Shown here one piece after another: positions 1 to 8,957 of a stretch of DNA of 32,000 nucleotides. A program made the position numbers and the translations under genes. Below the pieces are notes generated by a model, which saw only the letters and a list, made by a program, of their open reading frames with translations, was not told the origin of the DNA and did not search any database. Source of the DNA: Mucisphaera calidilacus (GTDB taxonomy: Bacteria; Planctomycetota; Phycisphaerae; Phycisphaerales; Phycisphaeraceae); the NCBI RefSeq assembly GCF_007748075.1, contig NZ_CP036280.1, positions 780,001 to 812,000 on the forward strand. Direction: 5' to 3'. Numbering within the stretch: the first letter of the stretch is position 1; each line of letters begins with the position of its first letter.

Positions 1-1
1 G

Positions 2-553
2 TTGAGCGTGACGCAGGTGCGTAGCATGTTGCGGCTGTCGCTTCGTCTGGATGCGCCGCTGGATCGCCTGGTGGAGCAGATCAATGCGCAGGTGATGGAA
101 GACCTGCCGGCGGAGCGGTTCGTGACGGCGTTCTTCGGGGTGTTGGACGCGGGCCGGCACGAGGTGGCCTATCACGCCCCGGGTCAGGCGCCGATCCTGC
201 ACTACAAGGCATCCGAGGACGCTTTTGAGCGGTTTGACGCGACGACCTTCCCGCTGGGCATTCTTGAGGAGATCGAGTTGGAGGCGCGGAGTTCGATCGC
301 GTTGGCGCCGGGCGACGTGCTGGCGGTGATCAGCGACGGCGTGTTTGAGTATCAGAACGAGACGGGGCGACAGTTCGGCACTGATCGCACGGAGAACGCG
401 ATCCGCAAAGGACACGCTGACGGGTGTCCGGGGATGCTGGCCGCGATCCGCGAAGACGTGTCGGCGTACGCTGACGGAGCGGTCCAGAATGATGACATGA
501 CGGTGCTGCTGGTTCGTCGGCGGGCCGATGGTGAGTTGGAAAGCGAGTCCTGA
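2..553 (+). CDS. PP2C-family (SpoIIE/RsbU-like) serine phosphatase, C-terminal catalytic part. The 5' end lies upstream of the window.
   Basis: The ORF is open to the window edge and stops at TGA 551-553. The motifs FVTAFFGVLD, GDVLAVISDGVFE and QNDDMTVLLVRR match the SpoIIE/PP2C core. GC3 is high. Confidence 0.8.
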   Translation: MSVTQVRSMLRLSLRLDAPLDRLVEQINAQVMEDLPAERFVTAFFGVLDAGRHEVAYHAPGQAPILHYKASEDAFERFDATTFPLGILEEIELEARSSIALAPGDVLAVISDGVFEYQNETGRQFGTDRTENAIRKGHADGCPGMLAAIREDVSAYADGAVQNDDMTVLLVRRRADGELESES

Positions 554-557
554 AGCG

Positions 558-1361
558 ATGGCGTATCTCTCTGCGGTTGTCCCGTTCGGCTACAGCGATT
601 TCACGGGTGAGGGGTTGTTGAAGCTCTACAAGCGGCTCGGCTGCGAGACGATTCAGGTGCAGCGGCACCCCGAGAAGGACCCGCCTGCTGCGGAACTACG
701 GCAGAAGACCGAGGACGCGGGTTTGCGTGTTGATTCGTTGCACGGGCGATTCGGGGTCGATCTTGATCCCTCTTCACCGAGCGCGTCGATGCGTGCCGAG
801 ACGATGCGTGTGGCCATCGAAGACGCGGCTTACTGCGCAGCGCTCGGGGGTGAGTGCGTGGTGTTGCATCCGTCGACGAGCGGCACCGTGACCGGTTCGA
901 ATGCGCGTCAGTCACGGCTGGTGGAGTTTCTCGGCGAATTGGAGGGTCCGGCGCGGGACCATGGCGTGCGTTTTCTGCTGGAGAACCTGCCGCCTATTTT
1001 CCCGCTGGGGGGGCACGCGGTGGACCTGATCGAGGTGCTGGCTCAGATCAGGAGTGACCGGTACGGCCTGATTCTGGACACCGGCCACGCGAACATGGCG
1101 GAGAACCCGAAACTGCAGTTCGACACGATGTTTGAAGGCGGTTTATCGGCCATGCACGTGCATGACAACAAGGGAGTGCTGGACAATCACCTGTGGCCCG
1201 GCGAGGGGACGGTGGACTGGAAGCAGGTATCTTCGCGGATCGACGAGCTGGGTGATATTCCGTTGGCGTTGGAGGTCTTTCCGATGGAGGCTCAGCTCGA
1301 AGCACGGATCGAGGCGGGTGCCGGCGACGCGGTGCGTCGTCTGCTGGGGCTGGATTCCTGA
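558..1361 (+). CDS. Sugar phosphate isomerase/epimerase (xylose isomerase-like TIM barrel / AP endonuclease 2 family)
   Basis: The translation contains VVLHPS, FLLENL and LDTGHANM plus a MHVHDN metal-ligand pattern typical of this TIM-barrel family. ATG 558 was chosen because it follows the upstream stop. An alternative ATG at 528 would overlap the upstream gene by 26 nt. Confidence 0.7.
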   Translation: MAYLSAVVPFGYSDFTGEGLLKLYKRLGCETIQVQRHPEKDPPAAELRQKTEDAGLRVDSLHGRFGVDLDPSSPSASMRAETMRVAIEDAAYCAALGGECVVLHPSTSGTVTGSNARQSRLVEFLGELEGPARDHGVRFLLENLPPIFPLGGHAVDLIEVLAQIRSDRYGLILDTGHANMAENPKLQFDTMFEGGLSAMHVHDNKGVLDNHLWPGEGTVDWKQVSSRIDELGDIPLALEVFPMEAQLEARIEAGAGDAVRRLLGLDS

Positions 1362-1478
1362 CCGGCATCCGGTTTGTGCTGTTAACTTGGGTTAGCTCCT
1401 GATAGGATATAACTCAAAGTCAGCAAGGCGGTTGTCGGCTTGCTGCATCGTGTGACCGACGGATCGAGCAGGCCGCGT

Positions 1479-3452
1479 ATGGGGTGCGTTCCTCTGAAAT
1501 TGATTCGACCGAGCACAGCGCACTTACTGGCTGTTTTGTGTCTGGGGGTGAGTTCGCCGACGCTGGGCCAGCCCGTGGCATCGGGTGTGGAATCGAGCAC
1601 TTCGGTGGAGATGGCCGCGATGCGCTTGCCCGAGGGGCAGGCCGTGGTGGCATCGGAACTGGACGGGCCGGCTTTCCCGGTGGGGCGTCTACGGTTGAAG
1701 TATGCGGAGACGCATCCCCAGCAGCCGGGGCTTGAGGTGTTGATGTCGTCTGAGGTTCGGCTAACGCCGACGCCTACTGGCTACGTGGCGGAGCGCGAGG
1801 GCGCACCGGTCGAGGTGCTGGCCCTGTCGTCGATCGGTCATGACGGCACGCGGCTGTTTCATGCCTCGGCGATCCAGATGATCAGCCGTTCGATCGCGGC
1901 GGGTCTGAACGAGCGTGGGCTGGTGGGTGTCTTCGTGGCGCCGGACCCGATCGAGATCGACGTGTATGGCGTCGATCAGCGGGTCGAGGGTGATGACGGG
2001 CTGACGATGGTGGTCTCGACGAGTGTGGTCAACACGACGATCACACGGGTGTCGGATCAGGACGGCGAATCGGTCCGGGAGAATGATGCCGTTGATGCGT
2101 GGATCCCGGCCGGTGCGCCGGTGCGTCCGTGGACGGGGCAGGGGCCGCGCGAGGACCTGCTCTGGCTGGATCGGCTGGAGGATTACACGTTTCGGCTGAA
2201 CCGTCAGCCCGGGCGTCGCGTGGACGTGGCCGTGACGGCGATTGACGACGAGGAGGGGGAGCCGGGTGTCGAGCTTGAGTACCTGATCACTCAGGCCAAG
2301 CCGTGGCGGGTGTTCGCGCAGGTCTCGAACACGGGCACGGAGCAGACCAACGAGTGGCGTGAGAGTCTCGGCTTCATGCACAATCAGCTCTCGGGCAACG
2401 ACGACCGCCTGGTGGTGAGTTACAGCACGGCCGGCTTCGAGGACAGCCACGCGTTCACGGCGTCGTACGATGCGCCGTTCGAGCGTGGCGGTCCATGGCG
2501 GTATCGGGCGATCGCGCTCTACAGCGAGTACGACGCGTCGGAGGTGGGCATCCAGAACGCGGCGTTCACGGGATCGACCGCCAGCATTTCGGGCGAGATA
2601 TCCCGGCAGGTTTACCAGCACCGCGACGTATTCATTGATATGTACGTCGGATTGAGCCTGTCGCAGGAGGAGGCGGATAACCAGGCCGCTGGCACGGATA
2701 TCGAGGAGATCTTCCTGATCCCCGAGATCGGTGTGCGTGGTGAGGTTCGCCGACAGACCGAGTCGGTATTCGGTCAGTTGAGCCTCGCGGGCAACCTGCC
2801 GGGCGTCAACAACGACGAGCTCGACAACTTCGGGCGTGACGACATCGACGGATCCTGGGTCGTGATGCGGGGTATCGGTTCGGCGAGTTACTACCTTGAG
2901 CCGTTGTTCGACCGCGAGGCGTGGCAGGACCCGACGACGCCTGAGACCTCGACGCTGGCGCACGAGGTGCAGTTCCGCGTCGAGGGGCAGAAGGCGTTCG
3001 GGAGCCGGTTGCTGCCCTCTCAGCAGATGACGGTGGGCGGCTTTGCGACGGTGCGTGGTTACAAGGAATCGACGACGTCGGGTGACGACGCGATCGTGGG
3101 CTCGGTGGAGTACCGGTTCCACGCTCCACGGCTGCTGCCGGTGGTGGCGGAGCCGGCCCAGTTGCCCCTGCTTGCCCAGCCTTTCAGGGTTGCGCCGCCT
3201 CAGGTGTATGCCTATCCCGACTGGGACCTCGTTTTCAAGACGTTTCTGGACGCGGGGGCGACCTGGAACAGCGATATTCAGGCGGGGGAGACGAATGAGA
3301 TACTTTTGAGCACGGGGATTGGCTTTGAAGTCTCTGTGAAGCAGACTTTACAGGTCAGGGTGGACTGGGGCGTGGGCCTCCGCGATCTCGATGACGGCAG
3401 CCGCGATGCGGGTGACAGCCGGCTGCATGTTGAGGCCGGCATCGTTTATTAG
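1479..3452 (+). CDS. TpsB-type outer-membrane transporter of a two-partner secretion system (ShlB/FhaC/HecB family, POTRA + Omp85-like barrel)
   Basis: An N-terminal signal peptide (LLAVLCLGVSSPTLGQP) is present. The segment NERGLVGVFVAPDPIEIDV...GLTMVVSTSVV is POTRA-like. The conserved TpsB motif GGFATVRGYKE...SGDDAIVGSVEYRF is present. The C-terminus is barrel-like, ending in an aromatic residue (GIVY). The gene ends 14 nt upstream of a TPS-domain exoprotein gene. ATG 1479 is preferred over TTG 1440. Confidence 0.85.
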   Translation: MGCVPLKLIRPSTAHLLAVLCLGVSSPTLGQPVASGVESSTSVEMAAMRLPEGQAVVASELDGPAFPVGRLRLKYAETHPQQPGLEVLMSSEVRLTPTPTGYVAEREGAPVEVLALSSIGHDGTRLFHASAIQMISRSIAAGLNERGLVGVFVAPDPIEIDVYGVDQRVEGDDGLTMVVSTSVVNTTITRVSDQDGESVRENDAVDAWIPAGAPVRPWTGQGPREDLLWLDRLEDYTFRLNRQPGRRVDVAVTAIDDEEGEPGVELEYLITQAKPWRVFAQVSNTGTEQTNEWRESLGFMHNQLSGNDDRLVVSYSTAGFEDSHAFTASYDAPFERGGPWRYRAIALYSEYDASEVGIQNAAFTGSTASISGEISRQVYQHRDVFIDMYVGLSLSQEEADNQAAGTDIEEIFLIPEIGVRGEVRRQTESVFGQLSLAGNLPGVNNDELDNFGRDDIDGSWVVMRGIGSASYYLEPLFDREAWQDPTTPETSTLAHEVQFRVEGQKAFGSRLLPSQQMTVGGFATVRGYKESTTSGDDAIVGSVEYRFHAPRLLPVVAEPAQLPLLAQPFRVAPPQVYAYPDWDLVFKTFLDAGATWNSDIQAGETNEILLSTGIGFEVSVKQTLQVRVDWGVGLRDLDDGSRDAGDSRLHVEAGIVY

Positions 3453-3466
3453 GTGAGGAAACTGGC

Positions 3467-6400
3467 ATGGTGCGACCGAAGCTCAGCGAGGCTCTGATCT
3501 GGCGCTACATGACGCGGCGTATCCCGTGTCTGACGGCGGCGGCCGTGGTGGGTGCCGCGGCGAGCGGTGCGGTCGCTGGCCCGGACGTCAAGAATGTCGC
3601 GGCGGGTCAGGTCAAGGTGACGCAGCAGGGCAGCACGACACTGATCGAGGCGAGCCACAGCAGCATCATCAACTACCACCAGTTCAACATCGGCGTGAAC
3701 GAGACGGTGCGTTTCATCCAGCCGGGTGTGACCGCGCGCGTGCTCAACCGCGACCTGAGCGGCAAGCCGAGCAGCATCAACGGCCAGCTGCTGAGTAACG
3801 GGCAGGTCTTTCTGGTCAACCGCGCGGGCATCTTCTTCGGCACGAAGGCGATCGTGAACGTCGGCGGGCTGCACGCGGCGGCGGGCAGCATCTCGGACAA
3901 CGACTTCCTCGCGGGCGTGGACCGTTTCACCGATCTCGCCGGCAAGGTGTCGCAGCACGGCACGATCCTGGCCGATGAGGTGTCGCTGCTGGGGCGGCGT
4001 GTCGAGAACTTCGGCACGATCGTCGCGCCGGACGGCATGATCACGCTGGCGGCGGGCGACAGTGTTTACCTCGCTCGTCACGGCAGCACGGTGATGGCGA
4101 AAATCAACACCGGGTCACTTGATCCCGAGACCGACGGCGTGTCGGTGGTCAATCACGGCCAACTCGTGGCACCGGGCGGCACGGTCAACATGGGCGCGGG
4201 TGACGTGTTCGCCTTCGCCGTCAAACAGCGTGGTGTCGTGAAGGCGCAGACGACACAGATCGTCTCGACGGCGGGCGACGCCGATGCCGAGGTCGTGGCG
4301 GACCTTGAGGACGGCCCGCTGGTGATCACCGACGACGGCCCGGTCAGCGTGGTGACCGATCGTGACGTCATCGTGGCTTCGGACGCGACGGACATCTCGA
4401 TCACGACGTCGGGCGGTTCGGTGATGGTGGATGGCGGCGGCTCGGTGGATTCGCTCGACATCAACGTGACCGGCAACAACGGGCGTGTGCTGATCGACGT
4501 GGCCGGGACGCTGACCGACGGCGACGCGGGCATCGACATCGTGGCCGACGCCGTTACGCTGCTCGCCGACGCGATTGGTTCGCTGGGCCAGCCGTTGCAG
4601 GTTCAGACCTCGGATCTTGCGGGCAGGGCGCGTGCGGGCGGTCTCTATCTGGATAACACGGGCGCCCTGGCGATCGGCGAGGACGTTGTCAACGGCGTGA
4701 AGGGTCTCTCGGCAGCGGGTGACCTGGTGCTGATCAACCGTGGCGATGGTGTGCGTGTGGACACCGAATTGGTCGCGGGCGGCGATCTCGAGTTGACGCT
4801 GACCAATCAGGAGGCGTTGTCCATCCCGGGCGCTGTGACTGGCTCGTCGGTGACGCTCCGGGCGAGTGTGATCGCCATGGAAGGCTCGGTCGACGCGTCG
4901 GGTGACGTCCTGTTTGATGCCCCCGACATCATCGGGCTGTACGGCACGGTGCGCAGCAACGGCGGCGACATGAGCTTTGTCGGCGGGAACCTGTTCACCG
5001 ACCAACGCGGTCTGATCGACGCTTCGGGTATTGAGGGAGACGGCTCGATCACGATCACGATGACCGGCTACTCCGACCCGCCGGTGCTGGTCGGCGGCGA
5101 CATCAACCTCGATCTGAGACGCGGTGCGCTGAGCCGTTCGATCACGGCAAGCGGCGCGCTCGACGTGCTCGTGCACCAGCGCAACCTTGTGGTGTCGGGC
5201 GATCTTGATGCTGTCGGGCCTGTCACGCTGGCGGCGCCCGATCTCGTGCTGATCAACGGCGAAGTCGTGTCGCGACAGAGTTCGATCATCATCGACGCTT
5301 CGTCGCTGGCCTTCGGCACGTCCGGCAAGTTGTCCGCGATCGAGGTCGACCTGCTGCCCGGCGCGGGGGCGAGTGTCGGTATCGGCGACGGCGCCGAAGA
5401 AGCGGATTACCACATCAGCCAGTCGATGCTCGACCGGATCGACGCGGTGACGCTCAGTGTCGGTGGCGAGCAGGGCGGCGGTGTGATGCTCGGGTCGGCG
5501 GACTTCGGCGTGATCCGGGAGCTGGTCCTGATGACCGGAGCGGACGTACAGAGCGTCCACGAGCCGTTCGATGCCATCTACGAAGAAGATCCCTATTTCA
5601 ACGAGGACGAGTGGTACGGCGACTACGACGCCGAGATCGCGATCGAGCCGTTCGACGGCCCGCGGCTGGTCGGGCTTGATGCGCTGGTCATCGAGGCGGT
5701 CACGGGTGTGGGTTCGGTCGAGTCGCCGATCGTGGTGGGCGTGTCGTCGCTGACGGCGAGCACCGAGACCGGCGGGATCTACATCGAGAATCATGGATCG
5801 CTCGCCGACCTCGACCTTGACGCGGGTGTTTCGGACATCAGCCTGGTCGTGACGGGTCGGATCCTCGACGAGGACTTCGCCACCGATCTCGCGGGCAACG
5901 AGGTTCGTATCGATGTTGAATCGACCTCGCTGCTGCAGCTCGATGCCAACCGGCTGATCTTCAACGGCAACGAGGAGAACCCGAACGGCGACGAGGGCAC
6001 GCTGATCGTTGAGGGCGATATCGACGAATTCGCCTTCGACTCGTTCCTTCAGGAGGCCTTCCTGCAGGCGACGGGTGATGTCTCGAACGTCGTGCTCAAC
6101 GTCCCGCAGGCGACGATCCTGGCCGACGGCGACATCCTGAGCAGCGTCATCAACGCGACCGGCGGCATCGTGCTGGTCAGCGGCGGCGACATCATCGACG
6201 TCATCGCCAGCGCGGGCACCACGGTGGTCGCTGACGCGGCGGGTTCGATCCTGCAGTCGTCGTTCGCGGCGGGCTCGCTGATCGATCTGCAGGCGGCGCG
6301 TATCGGATCGAGTGAGCAGCGGATCATCGTCGAGGCGCCGTCGGTGACGGGCCAGGCGCGGTCGGGTTCGGCTTATCTGACGGGGCCGGTCGAAGGCTCT

Positions 6401-8320
6401 GGCGCTGCGGTGTCGCTGGCCTTCAAGGCGATGCAGATGATGAGCGTCATGGCCGACGGCGACGTCATCCAGAGCGGGGTGTGGGACGCCGGCACGGTCG
6501 ATATCCACGCGGGCGGCGACATGGTCGTGACCACGACCGTCCGGGCGACCGAGGGCGAGACGATCATCCTCAACGCCGACGGCATGCTGAAGATGGAGGG
6601 CACGGGTGTTCTCGACAGCACCGAGGCGGACGCGGACATCCTGATCCGTGCGGCCGACCTCGAACTGATGCCCGGCGCGCGGATGTTCGCGGGCGAGGGT
6701 CGGATTGTCTGTGAGCCGCTCGACGGTCAGCAGATGGTGCTGGGCGATGGCGACCTCCAGGGGGCGTTCGCGGTCTCGCAGGCCGAACTGGACATGATGG
6801 CCAGCGCGTCCGAGATCGTGATGGGCAGCAGCGAGGCGGGCGCGGTGTGGGTTGAGCAGGCGGATCTGGGCGGCCGCGGCATCGACCTGGCGCTGCTCAC
6901 CGGCTCGACGATCGACGAACTGGGCGACAACGACAACGTGAAGCTGCGCACCGACGGCCTGCTGCGGATGGTGGCCGGGGGCGAGATCGGTCAGGACCCC
7001 GAGGATGCCGAGGCGTCGCCTTACGACGCGTTGGATATCGGCGCGTCGAATTTGGATGTCTACGTGACCGCGCCGGGCAAGGTGAGCCTGCGCAGCGAGG
7101 ACGCCCTGACGGTTGACCGTATCTTCACGACGAGCGGTGATATCTATCTCAACGGCGAAGAGGACCTCGCCGCCCTCGACATCATCGCGAACAGTGACGT
7201 GGACATCTCCGTGCAGCGTGGCGGCATCTCGATCGGTCGGGTGCAGGCCTCCGAGGGCGTGAATCTCTCGGCGATGAGCGGCGGGATCACGATGGCCTCG
7301 GCGGGGGCACAGGGCATCGTCGCGCCTTCGACGCGGATGGCGGCGCAGAGCGTGGGCACGTCCTCGGCGCCGGTGCGCACGAGTGTGGGGAGCATGTCGG
7401 TCTCGACGCCGGGCGGGTCGATGAACGTGGCGCAGAACGGCGCGATGTCGTCGCTGAACCTCGACGCGGGCCGGACCGGCTCGATCAACTTCAGTACGAA
7501 CTCGGTCGTGACCGACGCCGACCCGGGCGTGGACTTCCGCGGCGGGACGATGACGGTGGTGGGTGAGAGCTTCGGCACGCCCGACCAGGCGATGCAGGTG
7601 AGTGTTGTTGACGCGACGGTGACCACGACCGGCGACCTCAACATGCGTGCGGACGGCCGGCTGCAGTCGGCGAGCGTGACCGGCGGCGACGGGCAGACGC
7701 GTGTCTGGACGTCGTCGGCCAATGCGCAGATGAGCGTGACCGGCTCGAACGTGGTGGTCGATCAGCCGACGAACGTCGCGGACGACATCCCCGACGAGGG
7801 CGACGCGACCGACGAGCCGGAGACGCCGACGATTGATATTGATGAGCCACTCTGGGTCGTCGGTGAGTTCGGCGAGCGTGAGGGTTGGCTGGACGAGCAC
7901 GAGCTGCTCCGCGATCTGCAGGAGCAGTGGGGGGCGCGGCTGGCGTTCTACATCGAGGAGGCGCTGCGTCTGCGTGGCGAGCGCACCGCGGGCGTGAGCG
8001 AGGAGGTCAGCGAGGCGGAAATCCAGTCGATGGTGGCTCAGGGGCTGGAGTATTTCTGCCAGGGCCTGCTGGAGCGGCTGGAGCTGGAGCAGAACGCCTC
8101 GGGCGAGCCGGTCGCGAAGCTGACGCTGGTGTACGAGTTGCAGAAGAACGTCTCGAACCACCTGACGCTGGTGCAGAAGAAGCGTCTGCGTACGCGTGAC
8201 GACTCGGAGCCTCAGATCACGGTGGATGATCTCGACGACCTGCTCGAGCTGGCCGCGGAGCGGATCGTGGAGCGTCTCATCGACGACGCGCCGACCGGCA
8301 TGATGGGTGTGCGGGGCTGA
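3467..8320 (+). CDS. TpsA exoprotein, 1617 aa: filamentous-haemagglutinin-type N-terminal TPS secretion domain, a long G/D/V/T-rich beta-helix, and a novel C-terminal domain
   Basis: The RBS GAGGAA lies 8 nt upstream of ATG 3467. The TPS domain reads INYHQFNIGVNETVRF...VLNRDLSGKPSSINGQLLSNGQVFLVNRAGIFFG, where NRAGI replaces the canonical NPNGI. It is followed by about 1300 aa of degenerate beta-helix repeats, an acidic P/T linker (about 7781-7850), and a roughly 155-aa helical tail. Confidence 0.9.
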   Translation: MVRPKLSEALIWRYMTRRIPCLTAAAVVGAAASGAVAGPDVKNVAAGQVKVTQQGSTTLIEASHSSIINYHQFNIGVNETVRFIQPGVTARVLNRDLSGKPSSINGQLLSNGQVFLVNRAGIFFGTKAIVNVGGLHAAAGSISDNDFLAGVDRFTDLAGKVSQHGTILADEVSLLGRRVENFGTIVAPDGMITLAAGDSVYLARHGSTVMAKINTGSLDPETDGVSVVNHGQLVAPGGTVNMGAGDVFAFAVKQRGVVKAQTTQIVSTAGDADAEVVADLEDGPLVITDDGPVSVVTDRDVIVASDATDISITTSGGSVMVDGGGSVDSLDINVTGNNGRVLIDVAGTLTDGDAGIDIVADAVTLLADAIGSLGQPLQVQTSDLAGRARAGGLYLDNTGALAIGEDVVNGVKGLSAAGDLVLINRGDGVRVDTELVAGGDLELTLTNQEALSIPGAVTGSSVTLRASVIAMEGSVDASGDVLFDAPDIIGLYGTVRSNGGDMSFVGGNLFTDQRGLIDASGIEGDGSITITMTGYSDPPVLVGGDINLDLRRGALSRSITASGALDVLVHQRNLVVSGDLDAVGPVTLAAPDLVLINGEVVSRQSSIIIDASSLAFGTSGKLSAIEVDLLPGAGASVGIGDGAEEADYHISQSMLDRIDAVTLSVGGEQGGGVMLGSADFGVIRELVLMTGADVQSVHEPFDAIYEEDPYFNEDEWYGDYDAEIAIEPFDGPRLVGLDALVIEAVTGVGSVESPIVVGVSSLTASTETGGIYIENHGSLADLDLDAGVSDISLVVTGRILDEDFATDLAGNEVRIDVESTSLLQLDANRLIFNGNEENPNGDEGTLIVEGDIDEFAFDSFLQEAFLQATGDVSNVVLNVPQATILADGDILSSVINATGGIVLVSGGDIIDVIASAGTTVVADAAGSILQSSFAAGSLIDLQAARIGSSEQRIIVEAPSVTGQARSGSAYLTGPVEGSGAAVSLAFKAMQMMSVMADGDVIQSGVWDAGTVDIHAGGDMVVTTTVRATEGETIILNADGMLKMEGTGVLDSTEADADILIRAADLELMPGARMFAGEGRIVCEPLDGQQMVLGDGDLQGAFAVSQAELDMMASASEIVMGSSEAGAVWVEQADLGGRGIDLALLTGSTIDELGDNDNVKLRTDGLLRMVAGGEIGQDPEDAEASPYDALDIGASNLDVYVTAPGKVSLRSEDALTVDRIFTTSGDIYLNGEEDLAALDIIANSDVDISVQRGGISIGRVQASEGVNLSAMSGGITMASAGAQGIVAPSTRMAAQSVGTSSAPVRTSVGSMSVSTPGGSMNVAQNGAMSSLNLDAGRTGSINFSTNSVVTDADPGVDFRGGTMTVVGESFGTPDQAMQVSVVDATVTTTGDLNMRADGRLQSASVTGGDGQTRVWTSSANAQMSVTGSNVVVDQPTNVADDIPDEGDATDEPETPTIDIDEPLWVVGEFGEREGWLDEHELLRDLQEQWGARLAFYIEEALRLRGERTAGVSEEVSEAEIQSMVAQGLEYFCQGLLERLELEQNASGEPVAKLTLVYELQKNVSNHLTLVQKKRLRTRDDSEPQITVDDLDDLLELAAERIVERLIDDAPTGMMGVRG

Positions 8321-8326
8321 GGTTGA

Positions 8327-8351
8327 TGATGGCATGACGTCTACGCCATCA
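8327..8351 (+). terminator. Possible stem-loop just after the tpsA stop (7-bp stem TGATGGC/GCCATCA, 11-nt loop). A T-run (TTCTGTTTTTCG) follows only about 15 nt later.
   Basis: The inverted repeat was read directly from the sequence. It is not a canonical intrinsic terminator because the U-tract is displaced. Confidence 0.2.
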
Positions 8352-8448
8352 CCTGCTGGCGGAGTTCTGTTTTTCGCTGGTTTTCTGCGTCGCCGTGCGA
8401 TTAACCACCCGCTGTCTCGACTGCCCTGACTCACCCAGGAGCACGCCC

Positions 8449-8679
8449 ATGCTGATGCTGGCCCAGAACCTTGATTTTCTGAACAACACCGCGAACGCGG
8501 CGGTGGTCCTCGGCATCCTGATGGCGGTGCCCGCCGGGATCGTCGTCATCGTGGCGACGGCGTGGGTCAAGACGACCCGCATCCGCGAGGACGCGGCGCT
8601 CAAGGCACGCATGGTGGAGCGCGGCATGGCGGCCGAGGAGATCGAGACGATCCTCAAGGCCAAGTCGTTCGAGGAGTAG
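8449..8679 (+). CDS. Small (76 aa) single-pass membrane protein with a SHOCT-like amphipathic C-terminal helix; function unknown
   Basis: AGGAG at 8437-8441 lies 7 nt before ATG 8449. GC3 is very high. One TM segment is present (AAVVLGILMAVPAGIVVIVATAW), followed by KARMVERGMAAEEIETILKAK. GTG 8395 in the ORF track adds an implausible N-terminus. Confidence 0.6.
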   Translation: MLMLAQNLDFLNNTANAAVVLGILMAVPAGIVVIVATAWVKTTRIREDAALKARMVERGMAAEEIETILKAKSFEE

Positions 8680-8790
8680 TCAGGTCGTCAGGAAGACGGC
8701 GACGATGATGACCAGCCCCGTCAACAGGACGAGGAAGGGTGCGAGGATGGTCCAGGGGAACTGGCGGATGAAGCTTCGCTCGTGGTTCAT
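8680..8790 (-). CDS. Putative 36-aa hydrophobic miniprotein (MNHERSFIRQFPWTILAPFLVLLTGLVIIVAVFLTT); not in the ORF track because it is shorter than 60 aa
   Basis: The ORF runs from ATG 8790-8788 to TGA 8682-8680 on the - strand. About 34 of 37 codons end in G or C, which is the coding signature of this genome. It has one clear TM helix. No convincing RBS was seen. Confidence 0.4.
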   Translation of the reverse strand: MNHERSFIRQFPWTILAPFLVLLTGLVIIVAVFLTT

Positions 8791-8957
8791 GGTGGTCGCC
8801 GATGGGGGCTCTGGTTGACGGGGGCCGCGAGTCTGCTGCAGGGATTGTAGCTGTCAAAAGCTTGCGAGGTCTTGAGAGGGCGGTGTCGGGCCTCTGTTTT
8901 TGGCGTGAAATCGCGAGTCGGTCCGGCGCGACGGGCGGGTGTGGATAGACTTGGAGC

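Noticed and set aside
3467-8320. Possible DNA-level tandem repeats or a CRISPR-like periodicity inside tpsA
   Set aside because: The repetitiveness is degenerate and exists at the protein level only (beta-helix rungs rich in G/D/V/T). I saw no conserved direct repeats with unique spacers. Only the single 11-mer pair at 5561 and 5645 was found, and it is reported separately.
7851-8320. Calling the TpsA tail a CdiA-CT toxin and the locus a bona fide CDI system
   Set aside because: There is no VENN or other pretoxin demarcation motif. The tail is acidic and helical rather than nuclease- or pore-like. The putative immunity gene is 128 nt away, behind a hairpin. This is kept only as a hypothesis in the findings.
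8334-8429. 31-aa + strand ORF (MTSTPSPAGGVLFFAGFLRRRAINHPLSRLP) between tpsA and the 76-aa gene
   Set aside because: Only about half of its codons end in G or C, unlike real genes here. It has no SD, and it overlaps the post-tpsA hairpin. It is probably non-coding.
4115-8434. 1439-aa ORF on the - strand covering almost the whole tpsA gene
   Set aside because: It is exactly antisense to a gene with clear TPS-domain homology. The product is an R/H/D/V-rich low-complexity sequence with no recognisable motifs. Stop-free antisense frames are expected in GC3-rich genes.
8815-8920. Possible promoter (TTGACG at 8815-8820) and terminator-like stem with a T-run (AGAGG...CCTCTGTTTTTGG, about 8875-8903) upstream of the pseudopilin gene
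   Set aside because: No acceptable -10 lies at the proper spacing. The stem is only 5 bp with an 11-nt loop. This is too weak to report as a feature.
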